From: a virus
Taxonomy: Duplodnaviria > Caudoviricetes
Strand: one strand, 5' to 3'
IMG/VR virus record: IMGVR_UViG_3300038393_003049
Span: 6,167-70,166 of that record
DNA length: 64,000 nucleotides
Position numbers and translations under genes: made by a program. The notes below the pieces were generated by a model. The model was given only the letters and a program-made list of their open reading frames with translations. It was not told the DNA's origin and ran no database searches. Shown in pieces: positions 18,004-27,263 of this stretch. Every line of letters starts with the position of its first letter. Position 1 is the stretch's first letter.

Positions 18004-19551
18004 TCACGAGCCGCCGCCCTTGGGCCGTTCCGCGGTGATCAGCTCGCCCGGCAGCGCGCGAGGTGCCGGTAGCCGGTGGACCGACTTCGGGTGCTCGCCG
18101 TTCAGGCACAGCACGCAGAATGCGAACGGATCGGCGGCCGCCAGCTCGGCGCGCACCCGCATCAGGATGTGTCCCAGCTTGTTCTGCCCCTGGCCGCCGA
18201 CCGTTCCCCACTCCCTGTCACCCCAGTCGTTGCCCTCCTCCAGGTAGGCGTCCCCCGTGGAGAGCAGCAGGTCGCGCAGATCGGGATGGGTGGCGAACTT
18301 CAGCCGGCACAGGTCGAGCATGACCTGCTCCTTGATCTGCTCCCAGTCCGGCCGCCGGCTCAGCGACCGACCCAGCTCCTTGGCCTCCCGTGGCGTCTCC
18401 GCCGACGCCACCGATCGATGGATCAGTGGGTCGGTCGACTTCATCGCCTGGAAGGCGTGCTCGTTGGTCGGGTAGGTCGCGTCGTCCCCGAGGTCGATCG
18501 GCGCCCGGTAGAAGTTCGACAGGCCGGCGTACCGGCCGAAGAACCGCGAGATCACCCGGTGCCGCACGACCTCGATGCCAGCCGCCTCGGCCCGGTCGGC
18601 GCAGTCGGATGCGCCACGGGAGTCGTTCCAGATGAAGGCGTGGCAGCGTTCGGCACCGCGGTCGACCATCGCCTGGTTGCGGGCGAACCCGGCGCCATTG
18701 CCCCGCGGCCCGCTCCAGTCGGCGGGCATCCGGTCGACGATGACACGGTCGGCGTTGGCCCGGCCCCAGTCGTCGGCGAACCGGTCTACCCCGGAGGGGC
18801 AGGCGCCGTGCCGCAGCGTGAACGGGCCGTCCCGGCGCAGCTCCGCGTCCAGCACCTCGTGCACGTTCGAGGCTCGGGTGCACTCCCGGCTGCCAGTGAC
18901 CAGCACGACCCGGGTGGCGGCCAGCAGTTGGGCGAGCACCGCGACGTCGTGCCGGAGCAGTCGCTCGCCGTCGGTGCCGCGCAGCGCGTACGACGGGTGC
19001 ACCGCCGGCAGGTGCACCCGGCCGTTGGGGAGGACGCGGGGGACGCCGTGGCAGGCGGTGATCCGCGGTGCGTCCGGCCAGACGGCTTGAAGCGGCACGT
19101 TGCCGAGCGTCACCACGATCGGCGCGCCGATCAGCTCGATCTCCTGACGCAGGAAGCCGGCGGCCTCGGCCTGCTCGACCTCGGTCGGGGTCCGGTTGTG
19201 CCCCGACTCATCGACCGGGCGCGCCTTGATCAGGTTGGTCCGGTACAGCCACCGGTTACGGTCGATGGAGAACTCGGCCAGCAGTGCGTCCAGGAGCTGG
19301 CCGGACGCGCCGACGAAAGGCTCGCCCTGCGCGTCCTCGTCCTTGCCCGGCGCCTCGCCGACCAGCAGCGCTCGTGGGTGCGGGTTGCCCATCGAGTCGG
19401 CGACGTACGGCGTGAGCACGCCGGCCTCCAGCTTGGCCAGCACCGGGTTCGCGCGGTACTCGCCGGCCAGTGCGCTCAGCTTCTGGTCGAGGAAGTAGAA
19501 GGCCTCCTCGTACTCGTCGGCCGGCTCCCACGGCCGCCAGCGCGGGCTCAT
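18004..19551 (-). CDS. Fusion: family-4-like uracil-DNA glycosylase + SLOG (DUF2493/YspA-like) + NADAR
   Basis: LVGEAPG..ED..GEPFVGASG and HPSY; VLVTGSR...HGACPSGVD...AG..RN..MV; LSNFY...TNEHAFQAMK...KF...EGNDWGD..WG...G+NKLG.ILM.VR. Confidence 0.85.
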   Translation of the reverse strand: MSPRWRPWEPADEYEEAFYFLDQKLSALAGEYRANPVLAKLEAGVLTPYVADSMGNPHPRALLVGEAPGKDEDAQGEPFVGASGQLLDALLAEFSIDRNRWLYRTNLIKARPVDESGHNRTPTEVEQAEAAGFLRQEIELIGAPIVVTLGNVPLQAVWPDAPRITACHGVPRVLPNGRVHLPAVHPSYALRGTDGERLLRHDVAVLAQLLAATRVVLVTGSRECTRASNVHEVLDAELRRDGPFTLRHGACPSGVDRFADDWGRANADRVIVDRMPADWSGPRGNGAGFARNQAMVDRGAERCHAFIWNDSRGASDCADRAEAAGIEVVRHRVISRFFGRYAGLSNFYRAPIDLGDDATYPTNEHAFQAMKSTDPLIHRSVASAETPREAKELGRSLSRRPDWEQIKEQVMLDLCRLKFATHPDLRDLLLSTGDAYLEEGNDWGDREWGTVGGQGQNKLGHILMRVRAELAAADPFAFCVLCLNGEHPKSVHRLPAPRALPGELITAERPKGGGS

Positions 19552-19886
19552 CGGAAACCCTTCTGCGAATCGTTCGACATTTCGTTCATCATCTGAACCC
19601 GATCTGCGACATGGTCAAGTAACGCCGTTAATGACGCCGACTGTTCCTGCGTCAGATGTACGCGGAGTGGACGCCAGCCCTGACACGTCATCGTTATATT
19701 GTCGCGCTGGCGAATCTTGTTGGCGAACCTGCGTGCCTCTCGCGGCGAGAAATACATTTTCATTACGGAACCGACGGTCGGCTCTTTGTCAGCACTCAAA
19801 CTGGAATCCCATGCCACCAAGCGAACAAAGAATCTAGACGTACTACGATGTACGACCATCGTGACGTCGAACATCCAGGGCGCCAT
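19548..19886 (-). CDS. Hypothetical protein, noticeably lower GC
   Basis: ATGA-coupled at both ends; AT-richer codons. Confidence 0.5.
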   Translation of the reverse strand: MAPWMFDVTMVVHRSTSRFFVRLVAWDSSLSADKEPTVGSVMKMYFSPREARRFANKIRQRDNITMTCQGWRPLRVHLTQEQSASLTALLDHVADRVQMMNEMSNDSQKGFR

Positions 19887-20302
19887 CAGTCCACCACTAT
19901 CGTGCGCATGCTGTACCAAGTTCCCTTTCCCTCTACGGCCGTCACCCGGATATCTCCGGGACTGACTCCGGCCAGCACGTCCTCCTCCCGCTCCACCGGG
20001 ATCTCCGCGGCGCAGGCAAGGGCCACCTCGGCGAGCGCACCCCGGCTGTCCTGCCAACCCGGCAGCACGGCGACCAGATCGGACCTCAGCACCGCCTCGC
20101 AGTCCCAGCGCAACGCCCGCCTGACGTTCCATCCGCCGGGAGGCTGAGGCATCAGGCGAGGGTCGAAGCCGGCGTCCATCGCGTGTTCGGCGGGAGACAG
20201 CACCTCGAACCCTGCCGCGCGCAGCCGGGCGGCACCGTCGATGAAGGCCGGCCAGTTGAGCAACGGGAGACCACGCATCGGGCCGGACAGGTAGACGATC
20301 AT
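19886..20302 (-). CDS. DUF4406 / nucleoside deoxyribosyltransferase-like protein
   Basis: IVYLSGPMRG..NWPAF..A...LRAAG..V.SPAE...LPGWQDSRGALAE. Confidence 0.8.
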   Translation of the reverse strand: MIVYLSGPMRGLPLLNWPAFIDGAARLRAAGFEVLSPAEHAMDAGFDPRLMPQPPGGWNVRRALRWDCEAVLRSDLVAVLPGWQDSRGALAEVALACAAEIPVEREEDVLAGVSPGDIRVTAVEGKGTWYSMRTIVVD

Positions 20303-21120
20303 CAGCAGAACCTCTTTCCCGGGCAGGTCGCCCGCTTGAGCCGATCGCACGCGCACGCCGGGGCGCGACCCGCTCGGGCGGCCGCCCGCACCCGCAGGTA
20401 CTTCTCCTGCAGCGCCTCGCCCAGCACCGGATCCCACTCGATGTGGAACTCCTTGATCGTCCAGGGAAAGCCGAGCACGAGAATGAGCAGGATGGTCCGG
20501 CGCTTGCCGGAGATGCGCTGCACGTCGATGGCCTGGATCCAGTAGTCCGGCCAGATCTGCGCGAACGCCTCGTTGTCCAGGTCTTCCAGCCCGAGCAGCC
20601 GCTTGTGGCCGGCCCAGGTGTTCTCCGCCGCAGTCTTCAGCTCGAACAGATCCTGGCCGTACCGGCCGGGCAGCGCCAGCACGCCGTCGGCATGCGTCTT
20701 GGCCCCGGTCAGGTCGTCCACGAAGCCGGGCTCGCGGCACCGGTCCTCCGGCGGGCAGATCGTGCAGCGCTGAAGCTTGGCGGGCAACACGCCGGCCTTC
20801 TGCAGGCACCACTGGCAGAAGCCGTGCAGCGCGGTGCCGACGGTGACCGACATGCGCCGGCCGTAGTCCATCGGCTCGCGCTTGACCAGCTCGGGGTTCG
20901 TCAGGTAGGCGAACAGCGCGCGGTCCGGCCACAGCGGATGAGTCGAAGGGTGGAACAGCCCGTCGTACGGCCGGTCGCCGAATGCCCGCTTAGGCACGCC
21001 GGGGAAGGTCAGATCCTTGGCCTGGCCGATGAAGTTCTCCAGCAACGGCTTGAGCAACAGCCCCTTGGCGGTGTCCCTGAGCAGTGCCTCGCTGCCGGAG
21101 AAGTCCAGTGCGGCGGTCAT
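20302..21120 (-). CDS. Cas4/RecB-like PD-(D/E)xK exonuclease
   Basis: GTALH, HADG, FELKT, YWIQ and C-terminal Cys cluster. Confidence 0.75.
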   Translation of the reverse strand: MTAALDFSGSEALLRDTAKGLLLKPLLENFIGQAKDLTFPGVPKRAFGDRPYDGLFHPSTHPLWPDRALFAYLTNPELVKREPMDYGRRMSVTVGTALHGFCQWCLQKAGVLPAKLQRCTICPPEDRCREPGFVDDLTGAKTHADGVLALPGRYGQDLFELKTAAENTWAGHKRLLGLEDLDNEAFAQIWPDYWIQAIDVQRISGKRRTILLILVLGFPWTIKEFHIEWDPVLGEALQEKYLRVRAAARAGRAPACACDRLKRATCPGKRFC

Positions 21121-21629
21121 CCCGTCGCCTCGGCGTCCCGGTCGGCGCGGGCGGCCTCGCCCTGCAGCGCGGCCAGCACGTCTTCGGCCAGCCGGCGCAC
21201 GGCCGCCCGCGTGGTCTGGTCGGAGTACCGCCCAAGGTTGATCAGCGCTCCGCGCAGCAGCTCGCGGGCAGCGTCCGCGCACTGGGCGACGGTCCGCATC
21301 TCGGCGAAGTCGTCGAGCTGGAGCACGACCAGGTCCAGCGCGCGGGTCAGGCTGACATCGTCGTACAGCCGCACCGGCAGGGCGGGCCTGGCCAAACCGG
21401 CCTGATTGACGAGCTTGGTCCAGATGGCGCGCGTCACGGAGAAGGACCGACTCAGCGTCGACTTGCACTCGGCGGCGAACTCGAAGGTCTGCCCGATGCC
21501 GCCGTGGTCGTCCCGGCCGTCGGTCTGGTCGTTCGGCTGGTTGCCGGAGCCGCGGGTCAGCCGCAGACCCAACACCCCGGCGGCGTACCGCTCGTGCCGG
21601 CGCGCCATCCGCGTCCGGATGTCCGTCAC
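21117..21629 (-). CDS. PD-(D/E)xK nuclease (Hjc-like resolvase)
   Basis: RHE..A...GSGN....DG...AECKST..SFSV motif. Confidence 0.6.
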   Translation of the reverse strand: MTDIRTRMARRHERYAAGVLGLRLTRGSGNQPNDQTDGRDDHGGIGQTFEFAAECKSTLSRSFSVTRAIWTKLVNQAGLARPALPVRLYDDVSLTRALDLVVLQLDDFAEMRTVAQCADAARELLRGALINLGRYSDQTTRAAVRRLAEDVLAALQGEAARADRDAEATG

Positions 21630-22240
21630 GCCGACATCTCCGGCGTCCACGCCGGACCCAGGTAGCTGAAGCGGGGGATCACGCCGTGCGGGACAGTTCC
21701 CGGCTTGGGCGTATGCAGTTGCGCGTAGTAGTAGGCCGATCCGTCGGGCCACACCCAGTCGAAGAACTCGCGTGCCTCGCGCACCTTCGACCTCGGACCC
21801 GGCTTCGGGCTGCCGTCGAGCTGGAGCGCAGTGTAGGCGACCATGACGAGGTCGCCGAAGCCGTTGGTCGAGTTCGCGACGTACCCGGTCACCTGGTACA
21901 AGTGGCCCTTGTAGTGACGGTAGATGCCGGCCTTCAGCTCCTGCAGCCCCTCATTGCCGTGGCGGAACTCGGGGTGCGGGTCGTCCAGAACCTCGATCCT
22001 GGTGTCGGCGGTGATGAACTCGGCCATCCCTTCGTCGCCGACCAACTGCCGGCCGATCAGCTCCACCATCTGCCCCTCGTGGGTGAAGGTCTGCTTACAC
22101 AGCGGACCGACGCTCACGACGTAGTACTCCCCGCCGACCTCGCCCGGCCTGCCGTAGGCCAGTTCCTCCAGCGGGATGTACGAGCGAGTCACCCGGACGC
22201 ACATGCCGACCAGTCGGTCAAGCACGGTCAGTGCACTCAC
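21626..22240 (-). CDS. DUF1653-like domain protein
   Basis: GIYRHYKG.LYQV......V.Y.AL......VR...FF. Confidence 0.65.
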   Translation of the reverse strand: MSALTVLDRLVGMCVRVTRSYIPLEELAYGRPGEVGGEYYVVSVGPLCKQTFTHEGQMVELIGRQLVGDEGMAEFITADTRIEVLDDPHPEFRHGNEGLQELKAGIYRHYKGHLYQVTGYVANSTNGFGDLVMVAYTALQLDGSPKPGPRSKVREAREFFDWVWPDGSAYYYAQLHTPKPGTVPHGVIPRFSYLGPAWTPEMSA

Positions 22241-23394
22241 TCCTCCTCCTCGGGCATCAGGTCGACGATCGAACCAGGGTCCACGCCGGGCGGCAGCTCG
22301 CCCGGCTCGTGGGCCAGCGAGGCGATGGCGCGAGCACGGATATCGGCGACCAGATCGGGGTTCTTGCGCAGGTGGTCCACCGCCGCCGGCTTGCCGTTGT
22401 GCCGGGTGTCGTCGGGCATGACGTACCAGGCCCCCTTCTGGTCGATCACGGCCAGGCGTACGCCGAAGGTCAACGCCTCTTCGGCCAGACCGATGCCGGC
22501 CGGCCCGTACTGGTCGGTGGGTCGGTTGTAGATCCAGACGTGTGCGGGCGCGTTGCGTGGCCCCAGCTTGTTCTTGGTGACCCGCACGACGGCCTGGTAG
22601 CCGACCTCGGTCTGTTCGCCGTCGATGAGCATCTTGCGCACGGTCTTGGCGTCGTACCCGCGGCCGACATCGAACCGCACGCTCGTCATGTGGGCCAGAC
22701 AGAAGCCGCCGGTCGCGGTGGTCCCCGCCCGGCCGGATGAGTCGATCTTGGCTCGAAGCTGGTTGACCATCCAGGTGGTCGTCCCGTTCTGGGCGCCGAG
22801 TCCGCACACCTGCTTGGCCAAGCGCGTCATGATGCGCGCGATCAGCGCAACCTTGGCGTCCTCGGACAGCGCCTCTTGCTCAGCCCGACCGAGCATCGCG
22901 CCGACCGAGTCCAGCACGACAATGGAGTTGTAGCTGCCCTCAACCAGCATGTGCACGGCGTCCGCGGCGTCTTCGGCGCTGGCGGGCTTCGTCACGATCA
23001 CCAACCGATCCAGGTCGACACCCAAGGTCGCGGCCCAGTCGGGGTCGAACGTCCCCTCTGGGTCGACCCAGGCGGCGAGCTGATTGGGGTACGACCGCTG
23101 AGCGGAGGCGACGGCCAACATGGACAGGCTGGTCTTGCCACACGCCTCGGCCCCTTGTACCGAGATCAGCCGGCCGCGCGGGATGCCGCCGACGCCGAGC
23201 GCGTAGTCGAGCGCGATCGAACCGGTGGAGAAGATCTCTGGTTTGACCATCTTGCTCGCACGGGTGGCGCCAGCCGCGCCAAACTTGGCGGTGAACTTCT
23301 CCTCGAAGGAGTTGAACGCGCGACCGCTCGCCGTCCTTGGACCATCAGTCGGAAGGGTCGGCGGTGCCGGCTCAGCTTGCTTGCGTGGGGCCAT
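22237..23394 (-). CDS. recA: RecA recombinase
   Basis: STGSIALDYALGVGGIPRGR, GAEACGKTS, VVLDSV, NQLR, KNKL. Confidence 0.95.
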   Translation of the reverse strand: MAPRKQAEPAPPTLPTDGPRTASGRAFNSFEEKFTAKFGAAGATRASKMVKPEIFSTGSIALDYALGVGGIPRGRLISVQGAEACGKTSLSMLAVASAQRSYPNQLAAWVDPEGTFDPDWAATLGVDLDRLVIVTKPASAEDAADAVHMLVEGSYNSIVVLDSVGAMLGRAEQEALSEDAKVALIARIMTRLAKQVCGLGAQNGTTTWMVNQLRAKIDSSGRAGTTATGGFCLAHMTSVRFDVGRGYDAKTVRKMLIDGEQTEVGYQAVVRVTKNKLGPRNAPAHVWIYNRPTDQYGPAGIGLAEEALTFGVRLAVIDQKGAWYVMPDDTRHNGKPAAVDHLRKNPDLVADIRARAIASLAHEPGELPPGVDPGSIVDLMPEEEE

Positions 23395-23420
23395 CTCGGT
23401 CCTCTCGGCGGGAGAAAAAC

Positions 23421-23436
23421 TCTAAGACATCTTACC
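23421..23436. promoter_or_regulatory. Operator-like motif upstream of recA
   Basis: TCTAA-GACATC-TTACC, near match to TCTAA-N6-TTAGA. Confidence 0.45.
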
Positions 23437-26400
23437 ACTGACCGGCACCAGACCGGTCAGCTTCAGCCCTCGTTCGTCCTTGCGCAGCGCGCACACCACG
23501 AGCGAATGGAGGGTCAGGTGACGCTCCACCCGGTTCAGCATCTCCGACCAGCAGACGGCTTCCATCGTGCCGTCCACGCCGCGCAAGGAGATCCGCGCGT
23601 AGGGCTTGCCGTCCCTGGTCTGAAGCAGGGCTACCGCGCTGACGACGGCCACCGCCGCGTACTCGTCACCGGGGTCGGCGGCGTCGATCACGGACGGCAG
23701 ATCGCTGACCGCCAACAGGTCTGCCGGGAAGTCATCGAACGGCGTGCTGCTCAACCAGGCCCCCAGGGTCGCCAGCTCGCGGTCGCGCAGCTCGGACGCG
23801 GTGTACGGCTCGATGGTCGCCGGGTCGAGCGGCGGCGGCGGCAGGTACTGCCGGCAGGCGATGGTGCACCGCTTCGGTGGCGGGAGCAGCACGAGATGCT
23901 TGTTCTTCCCGCGGCCGGCAAACTTCGCGGTGACTCCCTCGATCTTCTCGCGGCCGGCCCAGTCGAACCGGCAGGGCAGGCCATTCGGCGTCTCGTCGTC
24001 CCGGTACGTGCAGCGGATCTCCTCGCCACTGGCCTCGCGCGCCAGCCGAAGCTCCAGCGCCCGCCGGTGGGAGTAGAGGGAGTCCAACGCACCGACGGCC
24101 GCCAGCGCCCGCACCTGACCCTGATTGATCTTGGACCCCTTCGGGGCGACTGCGCGGCTGATGAAGTCGTCGTAGGAGGTGTACGGGCGACCGGCGACGA
24201 TGGCCGGTGCGCAAGCGTCGCCGATGCCCTTGATGCTGGCCAGCCCGAACCGGATGCCTAGTCCGGCCGGCGTGAAGTCGATACCGGACTCGTTGACGTC
24301 CGGCGGAAGGACGGGCACCGCGAGCCGGCGCGCCTCATCGACGAACTCCGGGATGCGGTCGGAGTCGGTATGGGTCAGCACCGCGGTCATCATCTCGTGC
24401 GGGAAGTGCACCTTCAGCCAGGCACACCAGAACGAGACCATTGCATATCCCCACGAGTGGGCCTTTCCGAAGCTATACCTAGCAAACTCCTCCAACTGCG
24501 CCCAAAGTACATCGATCGCCTCGGGGGAGGCGCCGTGCTCGATGGCCCTGCGCCGGAACTCGACGCCGGCCTCGCGCATCTTCTCCGTCAGCTTCTTGCC
24601 CAACGGCTTGCGGATCTTGCCGTCGGCCTCGCCGAGTGTGTAGCCGGCCAGCACCACGGCGATCCCCATCACCTGCTCCTGGTAGACCACCGCGCCGTAG
24701 GTGTCGCCGAGCACCTCGGCCAGCCGCGGGTCGGGGTAGGAGACCGGTTCCTGGCCGAACCGGCGCCGCAGGTAGGTCTTGGTCAGGCCTGACTCCCGTG
24801 GACCCGGCCGGCCGAGCGCCATGATGGCCGAGAGGTCTGCCACCGAGCGCGGCTTGAGCTGCCGGCACAGCCGCCGGCCGTCCGGCGTCTCGATCTGGAA
24901 CATGCCGAGGGTGTGGCCCTTGCAGATGGCGTCCCAGACCTGCGGGTCCTCGTACTGCCGGTGCCAGTCGTAGATCGGCACCCGGTAGCCGTACCGCTCG
25001 TCGATGAGGTCCATTGCCTGCTGGAGCGTGTCCAGCGTCTCCAGGAAGAGGAAGTCGTACTTCAGGTACCCCAGCGCATCGAGCTGTCGGTAGTCAAACT
25101 GGGTGACCATGACCCGGGAGGCGTCGTCCTCGTCCTCACCGGACCGCATCGGCAGGTCCGTCAGCGGCGCATCGGTGGAGATGACCAGGCCGGCGGGATG
25201 CTTGCCGTAGGTCCGCAGCAGGCCGCAGATCCAGCCGGCGAGATCCCACAGCTCCGGCGCCGCCGCGTAGATCGGGGCCAGCTCCTGCTCGTACAGCCGC
25301 CAAACGTCGTCCCATTCGGGCGGGAGACCGGACAGGGTCGCGGCGTAACTCTTGACGACCTTCCGGAACGCCTCGATCAGATACCAGTCGACATCCGCGA
25401 CGCCGGTCTGGGCCAGCACCTTGCGCGCACCCTCCACAGCGGACAACACGCGCATCCGGGAATGGGTGCCGATCCGGACCACGTGGTCCTCGCCCCAGCG
25501 CTCGCGCACGTACCGGTGGATCGCCTCGCGCTTGGACGTGGGGAGGTCCAGATCGAAGTCCGGCATCTCCACCCGCTCCTCGGTGAGGAAGCGCTCGAAC
25601 GGCAACCCGGCCTCAAGCGGATCCACCTCGATGATGTCGGCCAGCCAGGCGACGTAGGAAGCGCCCGAACTCCCGCGACACGGCCCCACGAGGATGCCCT
25701 GCGACTTAGCCCACCGCACGATATCGGCAGTGACCAAGTAGAACCCGCACAGCTCGCGGGAGATGAGCAGCTTCATCTCCCGCTCGAACCGCGCGGCACA
25801 CTCCGCCTCCGGCCGGCCGCGGTCGACGACCTTGCGCTGCCAGTTGGCCAGGCACATCTCGATCAGCCGCTCACCATCGCGCCGTACGGCGTTCTCACCT
25901 TTGCTGAACACCGGCTTCTTCAGCGCGCCCTCGACCCGCGCAGTGCACCGATTGGCCACCCGCACGGTGTTGGCCATCGACTCGCGCACGACGTCGTCAC
26001 CGAGGTACGAGATCGCGGCGGCTACCTCATCGGCCGTCAGGAACGGCTCGAAGTGGCCCTCCAGCAGGTAGGAGCCCTCCTTCACCGACGGCTGCATCCG
26101 CAGCCACGACTTGTGCCTCTCGGCTTCTTCGCGGTGGGTGTAGTGGCTGTCGGCGACCACGACCAGCGGCACGGAGAACTCGCGCGCCAGCTCGACCAGC
26201 TTGATGTTGGCCGCGCGCTGCTCCGGGATGTCGATCGTGCCCAGCTCGACGTACAGCCTGTCGCCGAAGATCTCCAGCAGGCGGGCCAGGTTCTCGCGCG
26301 CCTCCTCCTCTCGGCCCTTCGACAGCGGCTTGCAGATCGGCCCGCCCAGGCATCCGGTAGTGGCGATGACGCCGTCGCCCAGCCGCTCCAGGGTGTCCCA

Positions 26401-27198
26401 GTCCAGTCGCGGGGCCTTGGAGTACATCCCGTCGCGGTACGCCTCGGTGGACATCGCCCAGAGGTTGCGCAGGCCTTGCGGTGTCATCGCCAACAGGGTC
26501 AGGTGCCAGTACCCCCACTGCGCCTCGTCCGCGTCGGAGCGGCGAACCTCCTTACCGTCCTCGCCGACCTCCGTCCAGCTCTTGGCCCGGCGGAACCGGT
26601 CCGGCTGGAAGTACGCCTCCATCCCGTGCAGCGCACGGATCCCCGCCTTGTCGCACTCGACCTGCATGTCCGGGTGGGCACAGCAGTTGCCGTGGTCGGT
26701 CGCGGCGGCCGCCGGCTGGCCGTCAGCGACGGCGGCGGCCACCACGGCCTTGATCCGCTGGCAGCCATCCAGCTCGCTGAACTCGGTGTGCAGATGCAAG
26801 TGCACGAACCGGCCGGTCAGGCCCGCCGGCTCGGCGGCCGTCGACTTCTGCGCGGCGGGCAGCGCCACCACGGAGGCGAAGGTCGGCAGTTGGCCGGCCG
26901 GCCACGGCCGCCACCCGACCGGTACCAGCACGCCCTCCGAGGCGCGCTCCTGCCGGTCGGCCAGGAACTGGTCGGCGGTCAACACGTCGTAGCCGTCGGC
27001 ACGCACGCGCACGAGCAGGGCCGCGCCGGAGGAGTGGGCTTGTACCCAGGTGCTGACCCGGATGCCGTCCTGGTCTGGTCCGAGCACGAGCAACCGGATC
27101 CCGTTGTCGTCCTCGACCAGGCACGGAACGGGGTAGGTCTGACCGTCGGCCTGAACGGTGGTTCCGTCGGCGGACAGGTCTTCAGCGAACTGCCACAT
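23422..27198 (-). CDS. dnaE: DNA polymerase III alpha subunit with ~130-aa N-terminal extension
   Basis: HLHLHTEFS PHP domain, RGSS, MPDFDLD, KYDFL, FQIE, VYQEQVM, YSFGKAHS, OB-fold; start codon uncertain. Confidence 0.95.
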   Translation of the reverse strand: MWQFAEDLSADGTTVQADGQTYPVPCLVEDDNGIRLLVLGPDQDGIRVSTWVQAHSSGAALLVRVRADGYDVLTADQFLADRQERASEGVLVPVGWRPWPAGQLPTFASVVALPAAQKSTAAEPAGLTGRFVHLHLHTEFSELDGCQRIKAVVAAAVADGQPAAAATDHGNCCAHPDMQVECDKAGIRALHGMEAYFQPDRFRRAKSWTEVGEDGKEVRRSDADEAQWGYWHLTLLAMTPQGLRNLWAMSTEAYRDGMYSKAPRLDWDTLERLGDGVIATTGCLGGPICKPLSKGREEEARENLARLLEIFGDRLYVELGTIDIPEQRAANIKLVELAREFSVPLVVVADSHYTHREEAERHKSWLRMQPSVKEGSYLLEGHFEPFLTADEVAAAISYLGDDVVRESMANTVRVANRCTARVEGALKKPVFSKGENAVRRDGERLIEMCLANWQRKVVDRGRPEAECAARFEREMKLLISRELCGFYLVTADIVRWAKSQGILVGPCRGSSGASYVAWLADIIEVDPLEAGLPFERFLTEERVEMPDFDLDLPTSKREAIHRYVRERWGEDHVVRIGTHSRMRVLSAVEGARKVLAQTGVADVDWYLIEAFRKVVKSYAATLSGLPPEWDDVWRLYEQELAPIYAAAPELWDLAGWICGLLRTYGKHPAGLVISTDAPLTDLPMRSGEDEDDASRVMVTQFDYRQLDALGYLKYDFLFLETLDTLQQAMDLIDERYGYRVPIYDWHRQYEDPQVWDAICKGHTLGMFQIETPDGRRLCRQLKPRSVADLSAIMALGRPGPRESGLTKTYLRRRFGQEPVSYPDPRLAEVLGDTYGAVVYQEQVMGIAVVLAGYTLGEADGKIRKPLGKKLTEKMREAGVEFRRRAIEHGASPEAIDVLWAQLEEFARYSFGKAHSWGYAMVSFWCAWLKVHFPHEMMTAVLTHTDSDRIPEFVDEARRLAVPVLPPDVNESGIDFTPAGLGIRFGLASIKGIGDACAPAIVAGRPYTSYDDFISRAVAPKGSKINQGQVRALAAVGALDSLYSHRRALELRLAREASGEEIRCTYRDDETPNGLPCRFDWAGREKIEGVTAKFAGRGKNKHLVLLPPPKRCTIACRQYLPPPPLDPATIEPYTASELRDRELATLGAWLSSTPFDDFPADLLAVSDLPSVIDAADPGDEYAAVAVVSAVALLQTRDGKPYARISLRGVDGTMEAVCWSEMLNRVERHLTLHSLVVCALRKDERGLKLTGLVPVSGKMS

Positions 27199-27263
27199 GG
27201 CCACCCGAGCCTCGGGAGCGTGGACTCCCGAGGCTCGGCCTCCCTTCAGATCAGCTCGCCGGA

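Noticed and set aside
20302-21120. Cas4-like gene as evidence of a CRISPR system
   Set aside because: No repeat-spacer array or other cas genes in the window; solo Cas4-like nucleases are common in phage recombination modules.
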